Shown here one piece after another: positions 32,116 to 42,924 of a stretch of DNA of 64,000 nucleotides. Origin of the DNA: an uncultured Gemmatimonadales bacterium (GTDB taxonomy: Bacteria; Gemmatimonadota; Gemmatimonadetes; Gemmatimonadales; Gemmatimonadaceae). The stretch covers positions 2,336,001 through 2,400,000 of the forward strand of contig OY969695.1 of NCBI GenBank assembly GCA_963701965.1. Direction: 5' to 3'. How positions within the stretch are numbered: the stretch's first letter is position 1; each line of letters starts with the position of its first letter. A program made the position numbers and the translations under genes. Below the pieces are notes generated by a model. It made no database searches, was not told the origin of the DNA, and saw nothing but the letters and a program-made list of their open reading frames with translations.

Positions 32116-34622
32116 TGAATGGTCCGCGTGTGTCCGGCGGCCAGCAGGTTCACGAAGAGACGGGCCGCGCCCGGCACGCCGCCGGGGAGCTGGCGGAAAA
32201 ACGCCAGCGTCGTATACACGTACGTCCCTTTGCCTAGCGGCGCCACGAGGATGCCGGCGGCATTCGCCGCCTCGCCGGGATCGTTGATGGATACCACCGT
32301 GTGGTACTTGTCATCGTACGTGTGCGGCATGTACGTCGAGCGCTCCTGGATCCAGTTCGCCCAGTCCGACTCGCTGATCTTGTTCGGCGCGTTCAGCACG
32401 GCGGCCGTCGGATCGAGCACCCGGACCGGCGCGTTCTCGTCGGTGACGCGATCCGCCGGACGCGACAGCGTGATGGGATACGGCACCAGGTCGGGCATCT
32501 CGTACTGCCCATATTGCACGACGAGCGTGCCGCCGTTGCGCGCGTAGTCGAGCAGGCGCCGGTTGTTGGCGCGGAGGTCGCCGCTGGCCTCGTAGGCGCG
32601 CGTCCCGACGACGACGGTCGAGAACTTCGACAGGTCCGTGGCCGCCAGTCCCGCGGGATCGAGAACCGTCACCGGGATGCCGAGGGCTTCGAGCGTCGGC
32701 GCGACGTTATCGCCGACGCCCGGGATATAGCCGACCGTGATGCCGGCGGGCACGCGCACATCGACCGCGACCAGGTGGATCGTCGCCTCGCGGTAGAGTT
32801 TCTGGGGCCGGATATGGTCGTACTCGATCGGGATGTAGCCGTTCGTGTACGTCTTGCCCTCGCTCTCCGCCGTTGCCGCCAAGGTCGCGTCCCCCGCCGG
32901 CAGCGTGCCCATCACGCGAAAGTCGACGCGCCGCGATCCGTAGGCGGCCAACACCACTTCCCGACTCGCCGAGTCGGCCGTCAGCCCGCGCGGGACTCTG
33001 AGCGCGATGCGGACGACCTGCTCCTTGTCCGACGCCGACCGCAGCAGCACGCGGACGGGCCGATCAATGCGCGCCTTGGCCGGCACATAGGCCACGGTCT
33101 GGTCCAGCGTCACGGACACGGCCGGCGCGAACGCCAACGGGCGGTCCACTTCGCCGCGCGCCGGGTCGCCAATGCGCTCGACGGGCGCCACGGACTCCGA
33201 GAATGGCGCCGTCGCCTCCAGCGCGACGTGCACCCGGGCGCCATCGCGCTGGTCTTCGGCGACCCGCGAGACCGGGACGCCGAACAGATCGCCCACGCGC
33301 GGCTTGGCGAGCCACCAGGGACTGGAGACGGTCGACTCCGACACCGCGACGCTGTCGTGATAGGCGCTGTCCGGCGCGATCGAGCGCTTCGTCGGATCGG
33401 CGTCCACCCCATCGAGGCCGAGGCCCGCGCCGTCGCGGTTGTATACCGTGAGCGCAACCCGCGCCGGGGCGCCCACGGTCGCGACATCGTGCGCCACCGT
33501 GGCCTCGATGGCGACGCCGGACGCCGTCGCGATCGCCCGGTCCACGCGACCCTGGGCCAGCGCGATCGTGCGGGCGACGTCCGGCCCCGCGGCGCTGGTG
33601 TCGACGTTGCGGAGCAGTTGCGCGACCCGGGCCAACGGCGGGAGCACGCGCGCGGTGCTGTCGAACACGAACGCCGCCCGCACGCGGGCCAAGGCCGCCG
33701 GCAGCGAGTCCAGCGCGGTCCGCGACCGCGCATCGCGCACCAGCGGCCGGAGTCGCGCGAACGACGTGTCGATCCCATCGAACATCGAGTGCTCTGGCTG
33801 CGAGCCCTGTGCTGGCCCGATCCCGGCTTCGCGATAGACCGTGGCGGTGAACGGACCCTTCCGGATCAACTGCCCGAATCCCTGCGACTTGTGCTGGCTG
33901 CGGCTCCGCGAGGCGATCTCGCTGTACGACTCGCCGAGCAGGGGGCTATACTCGCCGACCTGAATCGAAAGGGCGTTGGCTCCGCCGCCGAAGTACGAGC
34001 GATCGCGATAGAACTTCAATGCCGTCCACGCCGGTCCGTACTTGGCCGCTGGGAAGCGGACCGTGTCGCCCGCGACGTCGTAGGCCTCGCGGGCAATGAG
34101 ACCGGAGACCTGGTGATGCCCATGGCCGTCCGCCGGCGTCCCCGAGAACACCGCGATGATGATGTGCGGGCGAAACGCGCGCACGACGGTCACCACATCG
34201 CCCAGCACCGAATCATGCGGCCAATGGGTGTACGTCTCCGCCGCGCTCTTCGAGAACCCGAAATCGTACGCCCGCGTGAAGTACTGATGCGCGCCGTCGA
34301 TCCGGCGGGCGGCGAGGAGCTCCTCTGTGCGGATCACGCCTAGCGCTTCGCCGAGCTCGTTGCCGATGAGGTTCTGGCCCCCGTCCCCGCGCGTCAGCGA
34401 CAGGTACGCGGTCTCGACATGTTGCCCCCGGGCCAGCCAGGCGATGAGGCGGGTGTCCTCGTCGTCGGGATGCGCGGCGATCATCAGGACCCGGGTGGTG
34501 ACGCCCAACCCGTCGACCAGCTCGCCCAACGCCACCGCGCCGCGCTCCTGAGCAATGGCGGGGCGCGGCGCGATGGAGCACGCACAAATTGCCGCGACCA
34601 GCGCGGCCGTGAAAACCCTCAC
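32112..34622 (-). CDS. Secreted PIG-L family deacetylase (multi-domain)
   Basis: Signal peptide, plus AHPDDED, TRGDGGQN, RTEELLAARRIDG and HGHHQ. Confidence 0.88.
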   Translation of the reverse strand: MRVFTAALVAAICACSIAPRPAIAQERGAVALGELVDGLGVTTRVLMIAAHPDDEDTRLIAWLARGQHVETAYLSLTRGDGGQNLIGNELGEALGVIRTEELLAARRIDGAHQYFTRAYDFGFSKSAAETYTHWPHDSVLGDVVTVVRAFRPHIIIAVFSGTPADGHGHHQVSGLIAREAYDVAGDTVRFPAAKYGPAWTALKFYRDRSYFGGGANALSIQVGEYSPLLGESYSEIASRSRSQHKSQGFGQLIRKGPFTATVYREAGIGPAQGSQPEHSMFDGIDTSFARLRPLVRDARSRTALDSLPAALARVRAAFVFDSTARVLPPLARVAQLLRNVDTSAAGPDVARTIALAQGRVDRAIATASGVAIEATVAHDVATVGAPARVALTVYNRDGAGLGLDGVDADPTKRSIAPDSAYHDSVAVSESTVSSPWWLAKPRVGDLFGVPVSRVAEDQRDGARVHVALEATAPFSESVAPVERIGDPARGEVDRPLAFAPAVSVTLDQTVAYVPAKARIDRPVRVLLRSASDKEQVVRIALRVPRGLTADSASREVVLAAYGSRRVDFRVMGTLPAGDATLAATAESEGKTYTNGYIPIEYDHIRPQKLYREATIHLVAVDVRVPAGITVGYIPGVGDNVAPTLEALGIPVTVLDPAGLAATDLSKFSTVVVGTRAYEASGDLRANNRRLLDYARNGGTLVVQYGQYEMPDLVPYPITLSRPADRVTDENAPVRVLDPTAAVLNAPNKISESDWANWIQERSTYMPHTYDDKYHTVVSINDPGEAANAAGILVAPLGKGTYVYTTLAFFRQLPGGVPGAARLFVNLLAAGHTRTIQ

Positions 34623-37364
34623 ACTCCGCCCGCGACGGATGACCGATCGGATGCGACAGGGGCCGCCAACGCCTCGGCGACGATCCGCGCCTGCTCCTTT
34701 TTGTGGGGCGCGGTGTACCCCTCGGCCGGACTGGCGCGCTCCGGCCGGCCCACATAGCGCGCGGCCTTGAGCCGCTGCGTCACGAACGCCCAGGCGCCCA
34801 TGTTCTTGGGCTCTTCCTGGACCCAAACCAGATCGTCGGCTTCCGGGTACCGCTCCAGCACGTGCGCGATCTCCACCTGGGGCCACGGATACAGCTCTTC
34901 CACCCGGACGATCGCGACGTGCGGAGGCCGTTCCGCCGCTGTGAGATCGTAGTAGATCTTGCCCGTGCACAGCACCACGCGCCGCACGCCCCATTGCCGT
35001 CCGCTGTCGCTCACCATCGTCGGATCATCCAGCACGGCCTGGAACCGGCCGTTGGACAGGTCGTCCACGTTGGACATGGCCGCTTCGAGCCGCAAAAGGC
35101 TCTTGGGCTGCATGAGCACCAGCGGCCGCCGGAGCGCCGTCATCGCCTGCCGCCGCAGGACATGGAAGTACTGCCCCGCGGTCGAGGGATAGGCGATCGA
35201 CATGTTGCCCTCGGCCGCCAACTGCAAAAAGCGCTCGAGCCGCGCGCTCGAATGCTCGGGCCCACCGCCCTCGTACCCGTGCGGCAGGAGCAACACGACG
35301 CCCGAGCCTTCACCCCACTTGGCGCGATCGGCCGCCAGGAACTGGTCAATGATCGGCTGCGCGACATTGACGAAGTCGCCGTACTGCGCCTCCCACATCA
35401 CCAGCGAGTCCGGCGCCGCGGCGGCGTATCCGTACTCGAATCCGAGGACGGCGGTCTCCGACAACGGGCTGTTGTAGATCTCGAACGCGCCCGTGCCCGG
35501 CAGATGCTGCAAGGGGCGGTAGATCTTCCCGGTCTTCGCGTCGTGGAGCTCGGCGTGGCAATGCGAGAAGGTGCCGCGCCCCGCGTCCTGCCCGGTGATG
35601 CGCACCGACGTCCCATCGGTGAGGAGCGAGGCGAGCGACAGCGCCTCCGCCTCGCCCCAATCGATGAGATTGCCTGGTCCCAGCGCGTCGCGCCGTTTCG
35701 ACACCGAGCGGTTCACGCGGGCGTGCGGTGAGAACCCCTCGGGCCACACGAGCAAGCGCTCGTTGAGCGCCACCAGACGCTCCTTGGGCACCGCGGTATC
35801 GGCCGACGTCGGCCGCGTGATGCCCGGGAACACGTGCTCGGGCTCATCGACGGTCAACGCACCGGCGGTCACCTGCGCGTGCACGGTGGTCAGATTGTCG
35901 AGCGCCTGCCGCTCGATCGCCTGCGCGCCCTCGGCGGTCGCCACGCCTTCCCGCGCGAGCCGGTCGGCCCACAAGGCCCGCGGCGTGGGATGCGACTTGA
36001 TCCGCTCGTACATCTTGGGCTGCGTGAAGCTGGGATCGTCGCCTTCGTTGTGTCCGTTCCGCCGGTACCCGACGAGATCGATCAGGAAATCCTTGTGGAA
36101 GATCGCCCGGTATTCGTTGGCGATGCGTACCGCGATGATGCAGGATTCCGGATTGTCGGCGTTGACGTGCACGATCGGCACGTCGAACCCCTTGGCGACG
36201 TCACTCGCGTAGTACGTGGACCGGGCGTCGATCGGGTTGGTTGTGAACCCGATCTGGTTGTTGACGATGATGTGCAGCGTGCCGCCGACCCGATATCCGG
36301 CCAGGCGCGACAGGTTGAACGTCTCGGGAACAATGCCCTCGCCGGGGAACGCGGCGTCGCCGTGGATGCACACGGGAATGACCCTGGTCTCGTCCCGCCC
36401 GGCCAGGCCGTCGTCTTTTCTCCCATCGCGTTCCAGCGCCCGCGCCACCCCTTCCAACACGGGGTTCACGAACTCGAGAATGGCTGGGATTCGGGAGCAG
36501 CGTGATCTCCACGGCGCCCCGTGACGCGTGGGCGCCGAGGTGATACTTGACGTCGCCCGTACTGGCATCGTCGCCGTGCTTGCCTTCGAACTCGGCGAAG
36601 ATCGCCGCGTACGACTTGCCCAGGATGTGGGCGAGCACGTTGATGCGCCCGCGGTGCGCCATGGCGATCACGACGTGATGCGCCCCGCTGTGCGCCGCGC
36701 CGGTGATCGTCTCGTCCAGCATCGGCACCAGCGCGTCCGTACCCTCAATGCCGAACCGCTTGACGCTGGGATACGCCCGCGCGATGAACCGCTCCAGGGC
36801 GTCGACATCGGTGAGCCGCTGGAGCACCGCCCGCTTTTCATCGGGGGTCAACGGCCGCGTCAATTCCTCGGCGGTGAGGATCTGCCGAAACCACTTCCGC
36901 TCCGCCTCCGCCGACAGGTGCGTGACCTCGAACCCGAGGGATGTCGAGTACCGCAAGCGCAACCGCCGCATCACATCGGTGGCCGTCGCCATGTGGGGGA
37001 ACCCCACGGCGCTGCCCGGGACGAGATCGAGGTCGGCCTCGGTAATCCCGTGGAACTCCGGCGTCAGCTCGGGCGCGCCGAGTGGCGCGGTCCCCAGCGG
37101 GTCGAGTTGCACGGCGAAATGGCCGTAGGTGCGGATGGCCTGCATCAGCGCGGCGACGCCGGCGGCCTTCTTGAGCAACGCGGGATCGGCGGCGCCGCCC
37201 GACGCGGGAGCGCGCGTCGTGCCGGCGAAACGTTCGGCGGCCTGGAAAAACGTGCGCCACGACTCCGAAACGGACGCAGGATCGCGCCGGTAGGCGTCGT
37301 ACAGTTCGGCAATGTACCCGTCGTTGAAGACGTTCGTCGCTGGATCGGTCGGCATGCAATGCAT
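34619..37364 (-). pseudogene. sucA: 2-oxoglutarate dehydrogenase E1, split by a +1 frameshift at about 36480 (probably a sequencing error)
   Basis: KRFGIEG, MAHRGRINVL, GDVKYHLG and PNPSH are in one frame. LEFVNPV, HGDAAF.GEG, WEAQYGDF and EHSSARLERFLQ are in the next. One extra base lies in CAT-T-CTC-GAG. Confidence 0.9.
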
Positions 37365-37388
37365 AATCTAACAGGTCCGTCGGTCCCT

Positions 37389-37913
37389 TCAGAACAACTC
37401 TTCCTGCGGTCCGGAACCGGAATACGAAAGGGAACCCAACGCCAGCTGGGCGGGCGAGGTACCCGTATGCGGCGTGGTGTTGCCGCCGCTACCAATGTGC
37501 TGGACGACGATACCCATGGCGGTCAGATAATCGGCAATGAGGCTCCGGTGACAGCGCCACCAGACCGCCTCGGCGCACATGACGGCGATGGGAGCGTCGA
37601 ACGTCAACAATTCGTCAATGGCGCGCCGAAACGCGGGGGTCTGCATGTAGTCGGCGTACCCGCGAAACGAGGCGTTGCGCCAACCGGTGTTCACCGAGTC
37701 CGGAGCCGGTGTCCGCCGCCCGCCGAGCGACTCCAGGTGGCGATAGGCGATCCTATTGGTACGAAGCGATTCCGCGAGGGCCTCTCGACTAAACTGGGGA
37801 TAGCGACGCGAGCCGGGAAATCGCCGCACATCGACGAGCGTCGCAATGCCCGGCGGCGCGAGGAGCGCCAGGAACTCGGCCGCCTCGCGCGTCGAATGCC
37901 CGACCGTGTACAC
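37389..37913 (-). CDS. DUF488 domain protein
   Basis: YTVGHSTR, LVDVRRFPGSRR and MCAEAVWWRCHRSLIAD. Confidence 0.9.
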   Translation of the reverse strand: MYTVGHSTREAAEFLALLAPPGIATLVDVRRFPGSRRYPQFSREALAESLRTNRIAYRHLESLGGRRTPAPDSVNTGWRNASFRGYADYMQTPAFRRAIDELLTFDAPIAVMCAEAVWWRCHRSLIADYLTAMGIVVQHIGSGGNTTPHTGTSPAQLALGSLSYSGSGPQEELF

Positions 37914-37970
37914 GACGGACGGGACGTAAGGAACCGGCGGGGGAAGAACTATCGCTGCGAGTGCCCCCGG

Positions 37971-38300
37971 CTAGCGCGGCGGATGGCCGCCGTGGCGTAG
38001 GAGCTCGGTCGTGCGCTCGATCCAATGGATGTACTCGGCCACCGGTTCGCCGGACTTCCGCGTCGGCAGGACGAAATCGGGACTGTCCGGCTGGTCGCCG
38101 CCTTCGTCGACATACAGATCGCCACCCGCGCGCTCGACCGCCCGTTCCCAATCTTCGACCGCGTCGAGGAGATCGCCGACCTCGTCGCTGGTCTCCTTGC
38201 CGGTCAGCTCGACGCCGCGGCGCCGGAGCTTGGATGCCAGCTCGGCGACCACGCCCGCCCGCTCGCGATCGTCGTCGCGCGATGCGCTAGGTGGTGTCAT
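37971..38300 (-). CDS. Small acidic hypothetical protein
   Basis: 109-aa ORF with GC3-rich codons and TAAGAT 6 nt before the ATG. Confidence 0.7.
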   Translation of the reverse strand: MTPPSASRDDDRERAGVVAELASKLRRRGVELTGKETSDEVGDLLDAVEDWERAVERAGGDLYVDEGGDQPDSPDFVLPTRKSGEPVAEYIHWIERTTELLRHGGHPPR

Positions 38301-38333
38301 ACATTGATCTTACGGACGCGCCGTCTGTAGACG

Positions 38334-38377
38334 CAAGGCGTGGGCAAGGCATAGGTAAGGCGTCGGCAAAGCGTCGC
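38334..38377. promoter_or_regulatory. Four 11-bp direct repeats in a divergent promoter region
   Basis: CAAGGCGTGGG / CAAGGCATAGG / TAAGGCGTCGG / CAAAGCGTCGC. Confidence 0.65.
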
Positions 38378-38402
38378 CGACCGGGCGCGTTACATTTAAG
38401 TC

Positions 38403-38895
38403 ATGCCTGTCGTAGCGTTTTCGTCTCTTCCGGCCTCGGCGCGGGTGTGGGTATTCGCGGCCGACCGGCCGTTGGCCCCCGCACAGGTCGACCTACTGCT
38501 CGCCGAGGTCGACCGGTACCTCGAATGAGTGGCGCGCCCACGGCCAGGCGCTGACCTGCGCCCGGGCGTGGAGTGACGACCGGTTCCTGACCGTCGCGGT
38601 CGATCAGACCGATGCGTACGCGTCCGGATGCTCGATCGACGGACTCTTCCGTGCGCTCCAAACGCTGGAGGCGCGCCTGGGTGCGGCGCTGGTCGGCGGT
38701 GGACGCGTCCATTTCCGCGACGAGACCGGCGCCGTGCGCACGGTGTCGCGCGATGAGTTCTCCCGCCTGGGCGAGAGTGGCGAAGTCACCCGACAGACGC
38801 GGGTGTTCGATCCCACGGTCGCCACCGCCGGCGAGTGGCGGACGCGTTTCGAGACCGAGGCGGCCCACTCCTGGCACGCCGCGGTCCTGCCTTAA
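38403..38895 (+). pseudogene. Conserved hypothetical protein (RVWVF...WRAHG...SGCSID), split by a +1 frameshift at about 38524; absent from the ORF track
   Basis: MPVVAFSSLPASARVWVFAADR...YL, then an extra A. Removing it gives DEWRAHGQALTC...ASGCSIDGLF...SWHAAVLP*. Confidence 0.8.
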
Positions 38896-39095
38896 GGCTG
38901 CGGGACCAGGGTCTTGTGGGTGCCGTCGCAATACGGCTTGGTCAACGACGCCCCGCAGCGACATAACGCGATCGCTTTCTTGTCGGGACGCGGCGACGGG
39001 ATCTCGTTGCCAGCGGCGTCGACGATCACCACGTGGACGGCATCGTCGGCGTCAATGCGATAGGGGCCGTTCTCGGAGACCTTAATTTTTATCAT
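38892..39095 (-). CDS. CDGSH iron-sulfur domain protein
   Basis: NGPY and ALCRCGASLTKPYCDGTH. Confidence 0.92.
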   Translation of the reverse strand: MIKIKVSENGPYRIDADDAVHVVIVDAAGNEIPSPRPDKKAIALCRCGASLTKPYCDGTHKTLVPQP

Positions 39096-39507
39096 CGACC
39101 GCCTGCTTGGCGAACCGTTTCACACGCGCGAGCATGGCATTGAGCCCGATCTCACGACTCGATAGCCCGATATCCGCCATGACTTGCCGGACGAAATCAT
39201 CAGGAATGGCCAACGCGACCTCCGGCGGTTGATCGTTCACCGCCGAGAAAAGGATCGCCAGAAACGCCGCGATCGTCGGCGACTGCCGGCAGTTGAGATC
39301 GGCGTAGAAGTGCAGCTTGCCGTCCCGTATCTCCGGAAAAAGATCCACCCGCGTCTGGCACTCGGGCACGGAAAACTCCGCCCGGTCGAGCGCCAACAGA
39401 CGCTCCGGCACCGGCTCCAGCTGCCGCGAATACTGCACGAGCGCCTGCATCTTCTCTTCGCGACCGAGCGCGCGAAAACGGCCAAGAATGGCCTGTGTCA
39501 ATGGCAT
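39082..39507 (-). CDS. sufE: SufE family Fe-S assembly sulfur acceptor
   Basis: VPECQTRV with the conserved Cys, SPTIAAF and LSSREIGLNAM. Confidence 0.8.
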   Translation of the reverse strand: MPLTQAILGRFRALGREEKMQALVQYSRQLEPVPERLLALDRAEFSVPECQTRVDLFPEIRDGKLHFYADLNCRQSPTIAAFLAILFSAVNDQPPEVALAIPDDFVRQVMADIGLSSREIGLNAMLARVKRFAKQAVDDKN

Positions 39508-39533
39508 GCGGGAAAGATATCCGGTCCCGCGAC

Positions 39534-42392
39534 TCAGAGAGACTGCTTCACGCTGACCGAGAACTGTTGGCCGTAGTATTCGCGCTGAAAGCTGTAGTGC
39601 TGGTGCGGCGTCCCGGCGTAGAACCCGAAGACGGCGTTATTGAGATTGAGCCCCTCGATCTCGATCTCCAGGCAATGCGCGGAGTGGCGGAACAGCGTCC
39701 ACTCGATCGAGGCATCGATCTGACTGTGGTCGTAGAAGTACTGGTCGCCGGTCGCCGGATTGCTCGTGCCATCGCCGTAGCTCGTGATGCTCGCCGCCTG
39801 CCATGCCCAGGCCACGCGCGCGGACAACGGCCCGCGCTCGTAGGTCAGCGCGAGATTCGCCAGCGACGGCGACTGCCGGGGGAGGCGCGCGGTGCGGGTC
39901 AGGCCCGACGAGTCGGCGGGCAGCGTCGCCGATGACGACGTCAGGGTGCCGTTGCAATCCACCCCCAGCCCCGACAACAACCCGGGCAGAAACTCGAGCG
40001 GCTGGCTCCAGTCGGCCTCCAGTCCCAGGAGCGTGCCGGCCAATCCGTTCTGCGGCTGTCCCGCGCGATAGTTCGGTCCGTCGTTGAACGGGGGCACCCG
40101 ATATCCGGGAAACGAGTGCACGAAGATGAAATCGTCGATGCGCTTGTAGAACGTCCCGACGGAGAGCAGGCCGTCGCCCGGCAGGAAACGCTCGGCGAGC
40201 AGATCGAGATTCCACGCCCGCTCCGGCCGCAAACGGGGGTTCCCGATATTCACGATCGTCGCCGGATCGCCGACGAGCCCGGAGACCGAGGGCGCGAGAT
40301 CCGAGTAGTTGGGACGCGCGATCGCGCGGGAGACGGCGAACCGCACGTCGCTGGCGCGGTCGATGGCGTACTTGATCTGTCCGCTCGGGAAGAGGTCGAG
40401 ATACGTCTGGCCGGCGGACTGCGCGCCAATCCCTCCGTTGGGGAGCACGACATGCCCCGAGTACGCTCCCGCCGTCAGCTCGGCGCGCAGGCCGCCGTTG
40501 AGCGAGAACCGGCCAATGTCGCCGCGCGTCATCTGGTACAGCGAATACACGGCTTCGGTGCCCCAGAAGCTGCCGAGCGCGTTGGCGATCGTGTCGATCG
40601 CGCGCGGGAACAGCGCCGGATGCGCGTTTTCGAACGCCTGCACGGCCGCGTCATTGGGCACCGGCCCGAAGGGAAGCTGGTGAATCGCCGAATAGAACCC
40701 CGGGTCGTTGAACGAGGCCACGAACGGCGCCAGTGATTGGTCGGGTCCCACGTACGACGCCGAGTAACTCGAATTCGTGTACCGCGCCCCCTCGTCGCGC
40801 ACCTTGAGTCCCACCTTCACGTGGGGCGTCGCGTAGTCGACCTGCGCGCCGTAGGCGTAGGCGCGGCTCCGCGTGTTGTCGTTGTCGTACCCGCTGAGAA
40901 AGAAGTTGGAGGCCTGTTGGGCGGCCGCCGCCGTCCCGGACTCGGGGAACGAATACAGCGGCACGTTGGGATTGGCGTAGTCGTAGCGGACCGTGGTCGC
41001 CACGCCGTTGGGCGAGCCGAAGTTGAACGGCGTCGCCCGGAAATTGATGATGTCCTCGCTCGTGCCGCTCATGCTGGCGCGAAACGAGAGCGTGTCGTGG
41101 TGCCACACGGTGCGCGCGCCGACGACCGAACTGTAGAGCCGATCCGTCGGCGTCAGCGACTGCGCGAGGCGGTACAACGTGGCGCCCGTGTCCAGTCCCA
41201 TCGTCCGCGGGCCACCCATCGCGACCGGCGCGCCGTCCCCATTGCCCACGTCGAACACGTACAACTCGCCGTGATCGAGGAACTTGCTGTAGAGGCCCTT
41301 CACGTACAGCGTGGTGTTGGGCGACAACCGGTAATCACCGCCGCCGCCCACGCCCGTGCGCGTCCGCGAGTACGCGTCGGCCTGCAGGCTGAATTCATTG
41401 GGGTAGAACGGCACGGCGCCAGTGCCGGACGCCCACGTGGGCTCGATATCGTTGATCGTCCGCTGATTCACATCGTACGAAGCACTCAGCAGGAACCCCA
41501 GGCGCTGGTCCCCACCGACGCGTCCGCCGTAGGTCAGCGTCCCGCTCCCGGCACGCTTGTCGAGCAACGTGATCGCGCCGTACTCGACGGCGATCGTTCC
41601 GTGCGGCGCGCCATCCGGGGTCAACGTCACCAGGTTCACCGTCCCGCCAATGGCGTCGGCGTCCATGTCCGCCGTCAGCGTCTTGCTCACTTCCACCGAT
41701 CCCAAAATCCCCGACGGAATGTCGTCCAGGCGCGGATTGCGCTGACCCTGCGCCGTGCCGGGGACGTGGGCGCCGTCGATCATCACGTTGGCCAGCCGCG
41801 ATTCAGTACCGCGGACTTCGACGAATTCGCTCTCGCCCTCGGCCCGCTCGCTGGTGACGCCCGGTACGCGCGCGGCCGCGTCGGCGGCATTGGCGTTGGG
41901 CAACGCCGAGATCGCCTCCGCTCCGATCACGCTCTCGATCGTCGGCGCGGCGCGGATCGCGTCGACGGTGGCCGCTCTGCTGCCCTGCGTCACGTTGGCG
42001 GTGATCCGCAAGCCGGTCAGCACCGTCGCCGCCGGACGCAGCACGATGTCGCGCGTCGCGGTTTCGCCCGCGGCGATCGTCACCGCGAACGAATCGGCGG
42101 TGAACCCGATGCGCTTCACGTGCACGACGGCGCCACCGGGCGGGAATGAGAGTCGATAGCGGCCCGTGGCGTCCGTCATCGCGCCGGTCCGCGTGTCCCC
42201 GACGTGCAGTGTGGCGCCCGGGACCGGCGTGCCGCTCGAATCGGCGACACGCCCCGCGACGACACCGCCAGCCGCTTGGGCGAGGAGGCACGCGGGATGG
42301 ACGGTCACGAGCGGGGCGATGGCGCCGCACGCAAAGCACGCGCGTACGCGCCACCGCACGGCACGTCGAGACAATCGTGTGACCAACAGCAT
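39534..42392 (-). CDS. TonB-dependent receptor
   Basis: N-terminal carboxypeptidase-like domain, plug (LPNANAADAAARVPGV, VEVSKTLTADMDADAIGGTVNL) and barrel (GNPRLRPE). Confidence 0.92.
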   Translation of the reverse strand: MLLVTRLSRRAVRWRVRACFACGAIAPLVTVHPACLLAQAAGGVVAGRVADSSGTPVPGATLHVGDTRTGAMTDATGRYRLSFPPGGAVVHVKRIGFTADSFAVTIAAGETATRDIVLRPAATVLTGLRITANVTQGSRAATVDAIRAAPTIESVIGAEAISALPNANAADAAARVPGVTSERAEGESEFVEVRGTESRLANVMIDGAHVPGTAQGQRNPRLDDIPSGILGSVEVSKTLTADMDADAIGGTVNLVTLTPDGAPHGTIAVEYGAITLLDKRAGSGTLTYGGRVGGDQRLGFLLSASYDVNQRTINDIEPTWASGTGAVPFYPNEFSLQADAYSRTRTGVGGGGDYRLSPNTTLYVKGLYSKFLDHGELYVFDVGNGDGAPVAMGGPRTMGLDTGATLYRLAQSLTPTDRLYSSVVGARTVWHHDTLSFRASMSGTSEDIINFRATPFNFGSPNGVATTVRYDYANPNVPLYSFPESGTAAAAQQASNFFLSGYDNDNTRSRAYAYGAQVDYATPHVKVGLKVRDEGARYTNSSYSASYVGPDQSLAPFVASFNDPGFYSAIHQLPFGPVPNDAAVQAFENAHPALFPRAIDTIANALGSFWGTEAVYSLYQMTRGDIGRFSLNGGLRAELTAGAYSGHVVLPNGGIGAQSAGQTYLDLFPSGQIKYAIDRASDVRFAVSRAIARPNYSDLAPSVSGLVGDPATIVNIGNPRLRPERAWNLDLLAERFLPGDGLLSVGTFYKRIDDFIFVHSFPGYRVPPFNDGPNYRAGQPQNGLAGTLLGLEADWSQPLEFLPGLLSGLGVDCNGTLTSSSATLPADSSGLTRTARLPRQSPSLANLALTYERGPLSARVAWAWQAASITSYGDGTSNPATGDQYFYDHSQIDASIEWTLFRHSAHCLEIEIEGLNLNNAVFGFYAGTPHQHYSFQREYYGQQFSVSVKQSL

Positions 42393-42465
42393 GACCGGCC
42401 AACCTAGACCAACCAGCCGCCGGGATTGATTGGCCGCGCGGGCGGATCGCGGACATATTTCCGCA

Positions 42466-42924
42466 ATGGACGCGCGCGAGTACGACCGGGAGGCCTACGA
42501 CTTCCGCCGCGCCGTGCCACTGTTTGGGCGCGCGCTCCGTCTCCGCTGCCCGAACTGCGGCGGGCGGAACATCTTCGCCAACTGGTTCACGCTCCGCGAG
42601 CAATGTCCGACCTGCGGACTCAAGTTCGATCGCGCCGAGGACGACTATTTCATCGGCGCCTATCTCTTCAACTTGGTGGCGGTGGAGCTGTTGGTGGCGG
42701 CGCTCATCGGCGTGGTCATTTTCGCGACGATGCCGAATCCGCCCTGGACGCTGCTCCAGTACGGCGCCGTCGTCCTCGTGCTGTTCGGCGCCTTTGTCTG
42801 CTACCCGTTCGCCAAGACGACGTGGCTGGCCTTCGACATCCTGCTCCGCCCCGTCACGCCCGGGGAGATGGAGTGGTACGAGGCGGGGGGCTCGGCGGCG
42901 GGCCGGGACTTACCGCAGTTGTGA
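42466..42924 (+). CDS. DUF983-like Zn-ribbon membrane protein
   Basis: RCPNCG...CPTCG followed by two TM helices. Confidence 0.8.
   Translation: MDAREYDREAYDFRRAVPLFGRALRLRCPNCGGRNIFANWFTLREQCPTCGLKFDRAEDDYFIGAYLFNLVAVELLVAALIGVVIFATMPNPPWTLLQYGAVVLVLFGAFVCYPFAKTTWLAFDILLRPVTPGEMEWYEAGGSAAGRDLPQL

Noticed and set aside
32301..34343. Long antisense/alternative-frame ORFs (e.g. 680 aa here, 12688-14484, 40737-42149, 58090-59649)
   Set aside because: These are shadow ORFs expected in high-GC DNA, lying opposite well-supported genes and lacking motifs.
36470..36490. Programmed ribosomal frameshift in sucA
   Set aside because: There is no slippery heptamer or homopolymer tract, and the same one-base signature occurs in two unrelated genes.
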